The notes under the pieces are model-generated. The model made no database searches. It saw nothing but the letters and a program-made list of their open reading frames with translations, and was not told the origin of the DNA. Positions 38,789 through 50,700 of a stretch of 64,000 bases of DNA are shown here, piece after piece. Source of the stretch: Phoronis australis. Its lineage: Eukaryota; Animalia; Phoronida. The position numbers and the translations under genes were made by a program. Location of the stretch: positions 1,653 through 65,652 of the forward strand of contig NMRA01001037.1 of NCBI GenBank assembly GCA_002633005.1, read 5' to 3'. The first letter of the stretch is position 1. Each line of letters begins with the position of its first letter.

Positions 38789-38848
38789 CTCCAGTTTTGT
38801 ATTGCCCAGTTCAACAAACACAGTGTAGACTCCGTGCTCGGGCAGTGA
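38789..38848 (-). CDS. MCEE: Methylmalonyl-CoA epimerase, exon 4
   Basis: SLPEHGVYTVFVELGNTKLE; TACAG/GTGAG boundaries. Confidence 0.95.
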
Positions 38849-39418
38849 CTGTAACACAGATGGAACATGTGTATGAATTAACAAAATGCAGGACACGATA
38901 TGGTGGACAAGTGAAACTTAAGTTTCTAATTAGCACGACCTCAGATTGTGTTTGACATCCTGGGAAAATGGGCACTGTTACAGCTGTATGCCTTTCTTTT
39001 TTTTAGTCAACGAAAATTTACACCCAATTCGTCACACTTTTGGCAACCTCAGTGTTTGCTTTATGACCTGAGATTTCTACCAGGTCGTCAAATGCGAATT
39101 GGCATTTAGATAAGCGTCAATCGCTGTAAATTATTTTATAACATAAGTTGCACCAATCTAGGTTGGACCACAGCTACCACGAGACAAAGTTAAAGATATT
39201 ATTCAGGCTCTCACAACGATGTTAGATGCCCTTGTAAAATGAAAAATATGAACTTTTGCAACTAACTTTGTCCGAAATTGGTCAGATTTTACCAAAGATG
39301 AGTAAGAAGAGACATATATAGCAGAATTAGTTAAGCTAAAACAAATTAAACCAAGGTTACAAACTGTCAAAATATTGCACTATCCTCTGTGGACTCTACC
39401 AGTGTCTATAGACTATCA

Positions 39419-42400
39419 TGTTATATCCTCCGTTTATCTAATGTCCACTATAACTATCCATAATATGACATGGTGGCAGCCTAGGTAAAACACATCACAG
39501 AACCCAGAGACATGGCAATTTAAAGGACATTCACCTCCAGTGGAGAACTAAACACATGTGTTGTGCAACCAGCTACCAACAATGCCAGTGGCGGCTGTGA
39601 CCTGATCCTGCAGTACTCGTCTGACCTTCAAACAAACGAGTCCCAGCTGGTGAGTCATTTCCAATTTCATACATGAACAAGTGAGATATAGCACAAAGTG
39701 CAAATGGTGATTTGAAATGACTTAATTGGCATTCAGCTTCCTAAGTTCAACTGGACTGATGGCAATTTACCCCTAGAGTTTATGCTACTTTGTGGTCATT
39801 TTGAGTACGCCAACTTATGCTAACCAACCAGAAGCTACTAAAGTTAACTACATACATGTAGTACTATTATGGATGGGACCTAAAGCTCTCCAACTTTGAC
39901 AGCTGGACTGACCTCACTGCTGACCAAAAGCAAAATCCAGCAGACGTTTGGTCCAAATTTGAGACGCATTTTGAACCAAAATCCAGTTTCTGTCTTTGTC
40001 GTTTCCAACTGCAGGAGATGAGACAAGGGGGGGTCAGAGCCCATTGACGATTATGTGGCCCGATTGCGCATGCAAGCAGAAAAATGCAATTTCTGCGATC
40101 GCAAAGCAATTGACGACTCAGTACTCAACCAGATCACCCAAGGTGCCTACAATAAACAGGTGCACGAAGCAGATTCTTGAGCGTGACCCTGACAGTTTAA
40201 CTCTTGCGAAAGCACTCGACATTGCAAGAACGTATGAAACAACTCAGGCACAGATGTTGCAAATAGGTCGACAAGAAGAAGTCCATGCAGTGCGCCGGCA
40301 GCCTAGTAGGCGACCAGCTCATAAATCACATTATTCAGCAACGTTTCATAAGTGTGGGTATCGTAGCAATGCAGCCACTGAGACATGCCCAACCGAACGT
40401 CAAGAATGCAATTACTGCAAGAAACCAGGGCACTGGAGTGCCGTGTGCAGACTAAAAAAGCGTGAAAATAAGCAGTACAGTCAGAAGCATCCTCAGCAAC
40501 AACGACAACAAAGACATGGACAACAAAAACAGCAACAACAGCAACAAGTCGTCCCCCCACGCAGTGACACCTCAACAGTAGAAAGCAAGGAATGCATATG
40601 CACGCGACCAAGTTTGAAGAGCTGAGTTTTGAGCACTTAACTCTTGATGCCGTCAATACACCCTCGGGTGACAAAGATTTTGCAGTCACCAGAATTAATC
40701 ATCCAACATTAAATAACATTGGCCTGTGGGGAAAACTTGACAACGGAGCCAGTGGCAATGTCATGCCCCTTGACAGTTTCATCCACATGATCCCAGGGGA
40801 AATCGCCAATGGTAAGCCCACAAGAACAGAGCCATCCAACATCCGAATGTTCGCTTACAGTGGCAGTTCGATCCCCAACCTAGGAAAAATCTCATTCCAA
40901 TGCAAATGGGGCAACAGCGATTGGCATCAGTTCGATATCTTATTAACTGACGTGAAAGGACCAATTTCGTTTGGTAAACAGTTGTGTCAAACCCTTGGAC
41001 TCATCACTGTCAATTGTTCCGTACAGTCTGTACTGCCAAGACAGATCATCAACAATAACAAAGACCTCAGATGGTGTTATCCTGACAGATTTGACGGGAT
41101 AGGGAAGTTTGCAAAATCAGGTAAACTTACCCTCATCAACAATGCTAAACCGGTGAAACATCCACCCAGACAAGCGCCTGTACAGCCAAGAGATAAAATC
41201 AAGGCAGAGTTAAACCGGATGGAGACCCTTGGTGTCATCCGGAAGATAGATGAGCCCACTGACTGGGTATCTAGCATCACCTATGTCCAAAAAGCAGATG
41301 GCAGTTTGCGTATATGCCTTGACCCCAAGGACCTGAACTTAGCTTTAAAACGGGGACAGCATTATATCCCTACCTTGGAAGAAACAACGCAGGCGCAACA
41401 GTGTTTTCCAAGCTCGATGCCAAATCTGGGTACTGGTCTGTCCAACTCGATGCAGAGAACCAGCTCCTTACCACATTTAACAGCTCATTTGGCCATTTTT
41501 GTTTCCAGCGACTTCCTTTTGGATTGCGAACAAGTCAAGATCAGTTTCAAGCAGCCATGGACGAAATACTTGCAGGTCTACAGGGTGTCATATCTATAGC
41601 GGATGACATCACAGGTTCCGTACTTGGCACCATATGTTCCTAAGCTAAGCGACACATCAGGACCACTACGACAGCTCCTAAAAAAGATGCCAACTATCGG
41701 TGGTGCCCAGAAAACCAACAGGCTTTTGACAAACTGAAGTCCCTCAACCAACGTGCTAGTAGTGTACGATATTTCAATCCCAAGGAACCAACTACAATCC
41801 AGGTCGATGCTTTACAGAGTAATTCTTGGGAGCTGCCCTCATACAAGATGATAAGCCGATAGCTTTTGCCTCCAAAAGCCTAATTAACACCAACTGAGCA
41901 GCAATACGCTAACATTGAGCGGGAATTTTCAGCGTGTGTTTTTGGTGCCCAACGATTCCACACATGCATATATGGAAGTCTGTTTATTTTGGAATCTGAC
42001 CACAAGCCCCTAGAAGTAATCGCATAGAAAACCCTGTCTGCAACCTTGTCTCCAACATCTTCTTCTACGACTCCAGAAGTATGGTTATACCAATAAATAT
42101 CGACCATGTAAAGAAATGGTATTAGCAGACAGCCTGCCACGTCTACCAAAGACATCCACAGATCGTGAAATCCAACTTGATCTAAAAGTTTGTTTTGTTC
42201 AGTTCTCATCCGAGCGACTGAATGAAATTCATTTCAAAACACAAAAAGATGTCCAACTATCATTGTTGAGCGACTTCATCAGCACTGGTTTCCCAAGTAC
42301 CATGAGAGAACTCCAAGCAAGTCTCAGGCCATACTGTAGCTTCAAAGACGAACTGAGCCTGGAAGATGGCAATGAGAAATGCGTCATAATTCCAGCTACC

Positions 42401-43510
42401 CTTCAACAACTTTATTCAGCAAAGACACATGGCAGACATCAAGGCATCACACGGTGTCAACAGCTATCCAAAGACAGTGTTTTCTGGTGTGAGATTTCCG
42501 ATGATATAACCATCTTGGTTGGTAGTTGTGAAACCTGCCAACAATATCAGCGATCTCCATCAAAGGAGCCCTTCGAATCAATAAGCCAAGACGTACCAAA
42601 TGTGCCGTGGCACTCTCTCAGTGCTGACTTGTTTCAATTGGACGGCTGCAAATACCTTCTCATCGCAGACTTTTCCACATGCTATCCTGTTCTCCACAAG
42701 CTTGCATCCAACACTTCAAGCCATACCATCAGCAAACTCGTGATCAAAACCCTTGTAATGTTTGGAGTTCCGAATTCCATTATCATAGACAACGGCCCCC
42801 AATTTATAGGCAAACCATTTAAAGAGCTCATGGCCAGATATGGGAACACCCACGGTACTTCCACCCCACACCATCCACGGTCTCATGGCTTCATTGAAAG
42901 GATGGTGGGCGTCATGAAAACGCTGTTAAAAAAATCACCAATTGACATCGACAATAGCCTTCTACATTATCGAACAACTCTCCAAGGTGCAAACTCCCCA
43001 TCACCAGCTAAACTACTTTTTGGATGCAAACTTGGCGGGAACCTCCCCAAGTACACCAACCCAAACAGCCCAAGACCTCCAGTAGCTACCATAGGTGGAT
43101 GAGAACTTCCAGAACCGTCAACAAACCAACTCATCTATTAACAAGACGTAGCGAAGAAGGATTGGATTCCTGGCATCATAACTGGAACTGGCCCTGAGCC
43201 AAGATCATATTCTATCCAATGTAGTCGAACAGGTCAATTCTTGCGTAGAAATCGCTGCCATCAAACAGCGCACCACAGCATATCCAGTGTAGAGAACCCC
43301 ACAACCAAGATCACTGAGCCTTGTCCAGCCACACCTGACACAGCTCAACCAACCACACAAACTCATCCCATTGCAACAATGACATCAGCAATGAGGGTCA
43401 GCCTCAGCCTCAGTCTCAGCCTCAGCCTCAGCCTCAGCCTCAGCCTCAGCCTCAGCCTCAGCCTCAGCCTCAGCCTCAGTCTCAGCCTCATCCTTCAAGC
43501 ACAAGTAACC
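39419..43510 (+). mobile_element. Decayed Ty3/Gypsy LTR retrotransposon (gag, PR, RT, RH, IN), antisense in MCEE intron 3
   Basis: LTR-end CA followed by PBS TGGTGGCAGC at 39471; gag LTLAKALDIARTYE and zinc knuckle CNYCKKPGHWSAVC; protease LDNGASGNVMP; RT LRICLDPKDLN, FSKLDAKSGYW, IADDI; integrase PWHSLSADLF, IIDNGPQF, SHGFIERMV. Frameshifts and deletions present; no 3' LTR recognised. Confidence 0.93.
43398..43490. repeat. (TCAGCC)n microsatellite, about 15 copies
   Basis: Read directly; two TCAGTC variants. Confidence 0.97.
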
Positions 43511-43803
43511 TAACTACCCACAGCCAAATTTTCATCAAAGTTTTCACTTCAAAACACCCTTCCCACACCTTATACATTCAAGATATTTGGACACGCTCTT
43601 ATGCACACCATCTACAAAAAATTCACCCACCGAAACCCAGACAATTCATTTTTCTGTTCAAAATTTAGGCTAAGTTGGGCAGTTTTCTATAGACCTTTAT
43701 GGAACGTTAATCATTTTTAAACCCCCGCACTTGACTGTTTAAATGGATTGGGTGATAACCCGCACGAGCACGGGTAGTTCTTGCATGAACACACTGGGAG
43801 TAC

Positions 43804-43929
43804 CTGAGGTTCGCTGACATTCTGAGCACCTAATACGTCTCGATACAGCATGGTAGCTTTCTCTAGATCAGGCACTGCTATGGCAACGTGGTTCAGTCGC
43901 CCTAGCGACCATACCGAACTAGGAACTGC
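43804..43929 (-). CDS. MCEE: Methylmalonyl-CoA epimerase, exon 3
   Basis: AVPSSVWSLGRLNHVAIAVPDLEKATMLYRDVLGAQNVSEPQ (VOC/glyoxalase-fold metal-binding His motif); TTTCAG/GT boundaries. Confidence 0.96.
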
Positions 43930-44804
43930 CTGAAATGATAGAACGTTATACAGAAATCACTCATCCTTTCAATATGTACTTCATTGGGAATATCTGCAAT
44001 GTTACCCTAGCCGGTTTCAAGCCAATTGAGGAAAATACTAGGACACAAAAAAAAATTCTTATGGAAAGTTCAATGGACAAGACAGCCAAAAACTGGAAGG
44101 ATTGCAACTGAACTCTAAAATCCTTTTCAAATGGGAGCACAACATCTTTTTGATTTTAAGTTAAGTAAATAATATAGATCACCTGTTATCTTGATGATAG
44201 GCATTCTGTCTTAATTACCGTAACGCTCACATGCACTAACTAAGCATGGAATAATACAACACAATGTACACCATTTTACTCAGGCTCTGAGTTCACTCCA
44301 CAAGGGTAAGTTAATTAGGATACTAGTGCCCAGTTTGTTTACACCACTGGTACCTCGTCCTAGGGTGATCGGACACCATCTGTTTGCCAGGCCACAGACA
44401 GTCACGCGTTTTTCAATGGAACAATTTATGGAAACGTAAGCTTATCTTTGGCAAATGTGAATCCATTTTGACCAAAACCATACTGCTGTGGTTGACATAA
44501 GGTAATTTATAATTAACTTTCAAAATTAAATGAGAAAAATGCAACATTTGAAATAACCAAATGCTCAGGCAAATTCCACTCACAGACAGCAGACGGATTA
44601 TCACTGTAGTAAATCAACATCAAGCTGAAGCCTAAACACAATCGTTGCATACTTGTAAGATGGCCGTCCCCAATATACAGTGAGACGTAGGACTTCGGGC
44701 ATTGAGCAGAATGACAACTCAGCAAAAGACTGGCATATGATGGTTCTACATTCATTTTCACTGAACAAATCATGTCACACGACTTTCTAAGATATCTTAT
44801 GTAC

Positions 44805-44858
44805 CTTTGCATTGCTTTTCAGACTTTGTGTCGTCCCCAGATATCGGCAGTTTGAAAG
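44805..44858 (-). CDS. MCEE: Methylmalonyl-CoA epimerase, exon 2 (transit peptide)
   Basis: 54-nt phase-0 exon LSNCRYLGTTQSLKSNAK with TTTCAG/GTAC boundaries; basic and hydroxylated, no acidic residues. Confidence 0.72.
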
Positions 44859-45670
44859 CTGAAATCAAAACCATATAATAGTAGCAAACTAAGCTGATTA
44901 TGTAGTTAAAAACACTGAGTGAAACCTAGTCCTACTCACAGCTTTGTATCAATGTGGGTAAATATAGCCAAATAAAATCTGATACAAAATTGGTGTCATT
45001 TAAAACTAAACTTTTCCTAACTAAATTTTTTACCGCTATTAGATAAATAGGCGTTCTAGAGTTATCCTGCAACTTAAGTTGTGGAGCGATCTTATGTCAC
45101 AAAATATGGGAACTGGTTTCACTTCCCTACAAGTTTTTAGTATTTTGATAACAGTGACAGCAAACAAAATTTAATAAAAAAATTTGCCCCAGCCAAGCTG
45201 CACCCAATCATCTTACGAGAGGTTGCAAAAACTTAAGGAAATGGTGTATACGCATGTCACGAGCGTGCTGATCGTTAGGTCTACACGTTGATATAAGTTT
45301 CACAACAAGGTGACGAGCAGAACTACCTGAGCTTAATGCCCATTGGTTCCTGGGGTTCCTGGCGGTATGTTAGCTACTTATACAGTCATATGATATACTT
45401 TTCAATCATACAACTAGCTGGCTGACTAAGCCGTGGATACACTCATAATTGACTTCACAGGTTCTGCTGTGAGAACCGATTGGTTCTCAACGACCATCTG
45501 CAGGTCAGATGTCTAAGCAGGCGGAGCCGGCGAAGTCAATCAAGTGCCGACAAGTATGACTATGTCTATGAACAAGTCAAATGCCGGCATTTGGCAGTCG
45601 GACTTGGACAGATTGCCAAGGTCATTGGCAGGTCATAATAAAACTTTATAACAACGCAACTACGACAGGT

Positions 45671-48091
45671 CATGAACTGTTACTTTTAACTCCTGGTTGT
45701 ACAACAGACATGCCCAAGTCCAATTGTAAAAGACAGTAAACTCAAAACAAAGTCGCAAACCGTTTGTTTTGAAATGCGTAAAAGACTTCTGCCAAAGTAA
45801 GTCGCCATCTTTTATATAGTGACACCTAGCGATGAATTAGAAAACGAAAACTTTCGGGACAATGAATCATGATTCTGTTTTTGGAGTGCGGGGCTTCCTC
45901 GACATTCTTTTATAAAGATAAGAAAGACAAAAGCGCGTCGCCTCCAAAATTAAATCAGCTGGACTTTCCAGATTTATTTGTGCAATGGAATGTGGTGATG
46001 AACTTGACTGAAGAAAAAGAACTTTGTTTATTATGAAATAGTCAGTACAATGAAAATACAGACCCAGAAAGCGCCAAGAGGCATTGTATCTGGGCTAAAC
46101 AAATACACAGAAATCTACATAAAATTATGCACATAAATACATCAATAAATTGATTACAATGACATATAATAATGAATATAAATAAATCATTTTCATACAC
46201 AATAAGTTATTTTACATGAATACAATTTTATCTACTAACACAGAGATTTACTATTAAAAACAAATTTGAAACAATTTCAAATGAAACCTTATTTTCATTT
46301 AGGTCGAGTTTTTTACATCCATTTAGAAAAAAAATTAATTTTGTTATACAAGCTACGAAAATATGAGCATTTGTCAGAGTCTACACAGAAAAAGAGTGGG
46401 TGAAGAAATCAAGTTAAAGAAACTACAACCAGCTAGAGGGCTAGCAGTCACTAGTCAAATCATAAAAATAGCCGTCCACCATAGAAATATATTCGCCAGA
46501 AAATATTTTTTGAAATCACCAACATTCCACAAACTAGTCCCCAAAGCACCTCATAAACACACAAACACAAAAATGGACAAAAATTACCGCTTTTTGCGCT
46601 CCAATTTCGGTGGGAAACCTCTTTAAAATTGAAAAGACAGTCTTCTGATAGAGTGTTTCGATTTTTACAAAAATATTTTTTTTCTATATTTCGCTTCCAC
46701 CGTTTTAAAACTACTTTACATATTTCACCTATGTGAACCAAAACTGGTTTATTGTGGGCCCAAAAGTTGATGATACTCTTTATCAACATTGTCCCAGATA
46801 ATTTGAAATAAATCAAACCTTTTAAAAATATGTCACCAGAATATATAAGCACGCATGTTTTCAAAGTCTGAGTCGGTGATCCTAGAATCGACGGCGNCAT
46901 GAACTGTTACTTTTCACTCCTGGTTGTACAATAGACATGCCCAAGTCCAATTGTAAAAGACAGTAAACTCAAAACAAAGTCGCAAACCGTTTGTTTTGAA
47001 ATGCGTAAAAGACTTCTGCCAAAGTAAGTCGCCATCTTTCATATAGTGACACCTAGCGATGAATTAGAAAACGAAAACTTCCGGGACAATGTCAACCAAT
47101 CCAGGACAATCATGATTCTGTTTTTGGAGTGCGGGGCTTCCTCGATATTCTTTTATAAAGATAAGAAAGACAAAAGCGCGCGGCTTCCAAAATTCAATCA
47201 GCTGGACTTTTCAGATTTATTTGTACAATGGAATGTGGTGATGAACTTAACTGAAGAAAAAGAACTTTGTTTATTATGAAATAGTCAGTACAATGAAAAT
47301 ACAGACCCAGAAAGCGGTAAGAGGCATTGTATCTGGGCTAAACAAATACACAGAAATGTATATATAATTATGCACACAAATACATCAATAAATTGATTAC
47401 AATGACATATAATATAACAATTTTATCTACTAACACAGAGATTTATTATTAAAAACAAATTTGAAACAATTTCGAATGAAACCTTATTTTCATTTAGGTC
47501 GAGTTCTTTACATTCACTTAGAAAAAAAAATAATTTTGTTATACAAGCTACGAAAATATGAGCATTTGTCAGAGTCTACACAGAAAAAGAGTGGGTGAAG
47601 AAATCAAGTTAAAGAAACTACAACCAGCTAGAGGGCTAGCAGTCACTAGTCAAATCATAAAAATAGCCGTCCACCATAGAAATATATTCGCCAGAAAATA
47701 TTTTTTGAAATCACCAACATTCCACAAACTAGTCCCCAAAGCACCTCATAAACACACAAACACAAAAATGGACAAAAATTACCGCTTTTTGCGCTCCAAT
47801 TTCGGTGGGAAACCTCTTTAAAATTGAAAAGACAGTCTTCTGATAGAGTGTTTCGATTTTTACAAAAATATTTTTTTTCTATATTTCGCTTCCACCGTTT
47901 TAAAACTACTTTACATATTTCACCTATGTGAACCAAAACTGGTTTATTGTGGGCCCAAAAGTTGATGATACTCTTTATCAACATTGTCCCAGATAATTTG
48001 AAATAAATCAAACCTTTTAAAAATATGTCACCAGAATATATAAGCACGCATGTTTTCAAAGTCTGAGTCGGTGATCCTAGAATCGACGGCG
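45671..48091. repeat. ~1.2-kb direct duplication joined by one N (45671-46896 and 46898-48091), including MCEE exon 1; probable uncollapsed haplotypes
   Basis: Identical 87-aa spurious ORFs at 46363 and 47558; copies differ by SNPs and two small indels; junction at n46897. Confidence 0.9.
45761..45808 (-). CDS. MCEE: Methylmalonyl-CoA epimerase, exon 1 (identical duplicate at 46988-47035)
   Basis: AAGATGGCG start context; MATYFGRSLLRISKQT then GT; resembles a mitochondrial targeting peptide; joined ORF is 175 aa. Confidence 0.72.
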
Positions 48092-48269
48092 TGGGGCGGC
48101 AGTAAATAATGCTAAGAAACCCACAGTTAAAACGTACAAGGCAAATTATCACCGTCAATGAGTCCTCATGAAACACTTTTTTCACATCTGAAATGCTCCA
48201 CAATATAAAAGAATAATTTCTTTGCCCACAATTTTCTGTCCTTGCTTAACGTTTTCCCTCTTGCCTACG

Positions 48270-48273
<4 letters not shown>

Positions 48274-48347
<74 letters not shown>

Positions 48348-48350
48348 NCC
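48274..48350. repeat. Poly-C tract containing an N
   Basis: Read directly; length unreliable. Confidence 0.9.
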
Positions 48351-49505
48351 AAAAGCGATCTGGCACACGAATAAAGGTCATAGTTGATGCGAATTTGTAA
48401 GTCATCTATGAATGGGTTCAATTAAATATTCCCCCTTCCCCCTAAGGCCTTTTGTTATACACATCGGGAACTCCTTTTAAAGAATCTGTTCATGTAGTTT
48501 GTATGTTTGGAACCCAATTCCATTTATGGTGTGCGCCAAGTGGGACTTCGCAACAGGTAACTATGGTGGGCGTGGCCTAACATAGTGTGTCGACATTGCC
48601 CATTGAGTGTATCTTATAGAACAACGGGGAGTGACTGCATGAAGCCTCGTCACGTGACTTCTTTGTTTCCCGCCAATGAGATTCAATTGAATATTGCTGT
48701 TCGAATAACGAAACCAGTGCTTTTGAGACGAGAGAGACGTGCGATTATTACTGCCAGCGATTACTACTGCGATATACGAAACCTTATCACTGCTACTACG
48801 AGATATGTATCATGTGAAATCTTTACTACTATTACAACTGCTACTACAAGATCTATATAATATATTGTGTGGAGTGCCTGAACAAGTGATAATGCCTTTC
48901 ATTTCCGTGGATCCATCACCCAGTAAGTACTCTGCTTTTATAAGATTTGTTAAGTCGACGTTGTTTTTTCGAAAACGGTTGTTAGGCAAACACCGATAAT
49001 TGACAACAAAAAGCATAACTACGCAAGCCATATGTTTGGGGGTATTTGGGGTGTGACCCTCAACAGTGGTCCATTTACATGAGCAAAAATATTACGTGAG
49101 CAAAAAGATTGGGTAAGGATGGAAAAAGCTGAGCAAAGATGTCATTCAAGTGAGGCAGTTTTGAAATGTGTGATCGCAGTTCGACTCTTTGTGTTTGTGA
49201 TAAATTTGCCTTTCTTGAAATCGCGGATTTTCTTATCATTAACCGTATTAAGTTTTGTGGTCAACTCTTTCGGTAATAATTGGAGATCGAATGAGCCTCT
49301 CAGTGTTTTTAAACCCCGAATGCTTCGGAATTCAACATTAATGGCTAAGCGTTGGCGTAAGCTTTACGATGCAATGTTGTTAGTTATCGTTGTCGTTAGT
49401 TGTTGAAACCGCAGTTTTCTTTCAAAATATTTACTAGCTTGAGTCATGCAAAATGTCAATGGTTAACAAATTTTGATGGGCCGGGGCTTCATCACAACAC
49501 GTGAA

Positions 49506-49676
49506 CATGGGCGCACCCGGGAGGGCTCGAACGAGCCCCNAAGTCCACAGGAATTCAGCGCGGATGCCTATTTTTTTTAGTCCCCGCTGATTTGCTTCAG
49601 TAAAACAGTAAAAGGGTAAAAGGTCCGCATACCGGAAAATTCGACTCCCCTATATTTTAGGCTGGGTGCACGCATG
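49506..49676 (-). mobile_element. MITE family 2
   Basis: CATGGGCGCACCCGG...CTGGGTGCACGCATG with exact 5-bp TSD GTGAA. Confidence 0.85.
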
Positions 49677-50464
49677 GTGAACCAGCACAGTAGCTTTCAA
49701 GTGTTGTTTTTTTTTTGCCGTCATAACGGAAACCATCGTGGACATTTATTGAAAACCATGTCTAGAATACAATCGTGTTATCGCTCCGAGAGATACAGCA
49801 TTCTAGAGGTTTAAATAGTCTTTTCTAACTAAAGTTTAAACGAGACATGGTGACTGTTGGACCACGTTAGAGCTAAAAGAAAAGTTAATCCAGGGCTCTC
49901 AAGTCCTAAATATATGAAAGACTAGGCAAAAATGCAGAAAATGTTGTCCTGCTCAAACTTTTTGTTGATTAAAAAGAAGAATTAATTCAACAATGAAGTA
50001 AAGCCACGGATAATAGATGTCCACGATGATTTCCATTAAGGAGAAAAAGGCCACGCAGAACAAAATCTTGAACGGACAAAATGTTTAAATACATCACGTC
50101 CCGACAATAGCGAATGATGGTACTGTCTACTATTTCTTGCCTAGTTACATGTATTTTCTGGCCGTGTTGTTTTACAAAATGGTCTTGAATGGAAAATAAC
50201 TGGACAAGAAATAATAAACAATACCATCATTCGCTATGTTCAAAATGACACATTTCGGCTAAAGATTTTGGAATCCAATCACGAAAAACATGTGCTGAAT
50301 AAGCAGCTCACAGGTGTGTAACGTACACTGGCTCTGTTTCGATAGGGTTGCACTGAGGCTTCCTACCGTGTGTTGCATTCGCACTCTCTGCTTGTATGCC
50401 CCTCTTCCCGCGGTCACGTGTATTTCACTGTTTATTTCGCTATGTGTACGGCCTAAGTTCATTC

Positions 50465-50700
50465 AACCCATTCTCTCACGATGTGATAAGCAGTCACGAA
50501 ATATAGCTATTTATATTTATAATTTGTTCGTTTGTTATGTCTCCCGGTGTTTTACTTCTTACCTGCGCACCTGAAGAAAGCAGACTGTTCCGAATTTATG
50601 AGCGTACCAGTATCAAGCTTGCAAACAAAAAGTCGAGTCGTGTTTTTAACGAAGTTTGTGTAGAGGAAGGGCTGCTACCGAACTATACCGACTTTTTCGA
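50465..50700 (+). mobile_element. Penelope-like retroelement 5' fragment with a degenerate hammerhead motif
   Basis: CTCACGA-T-GTGA-taagcag-TCAC-GAAA-TATA...TATATT at 50475-50517, followed by ORF RLFRIYERTSIKLANKKSSRVFNEVCVEEGLLPNYT, which resembles PLE ORF N-termini. Confidence 0.55.
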
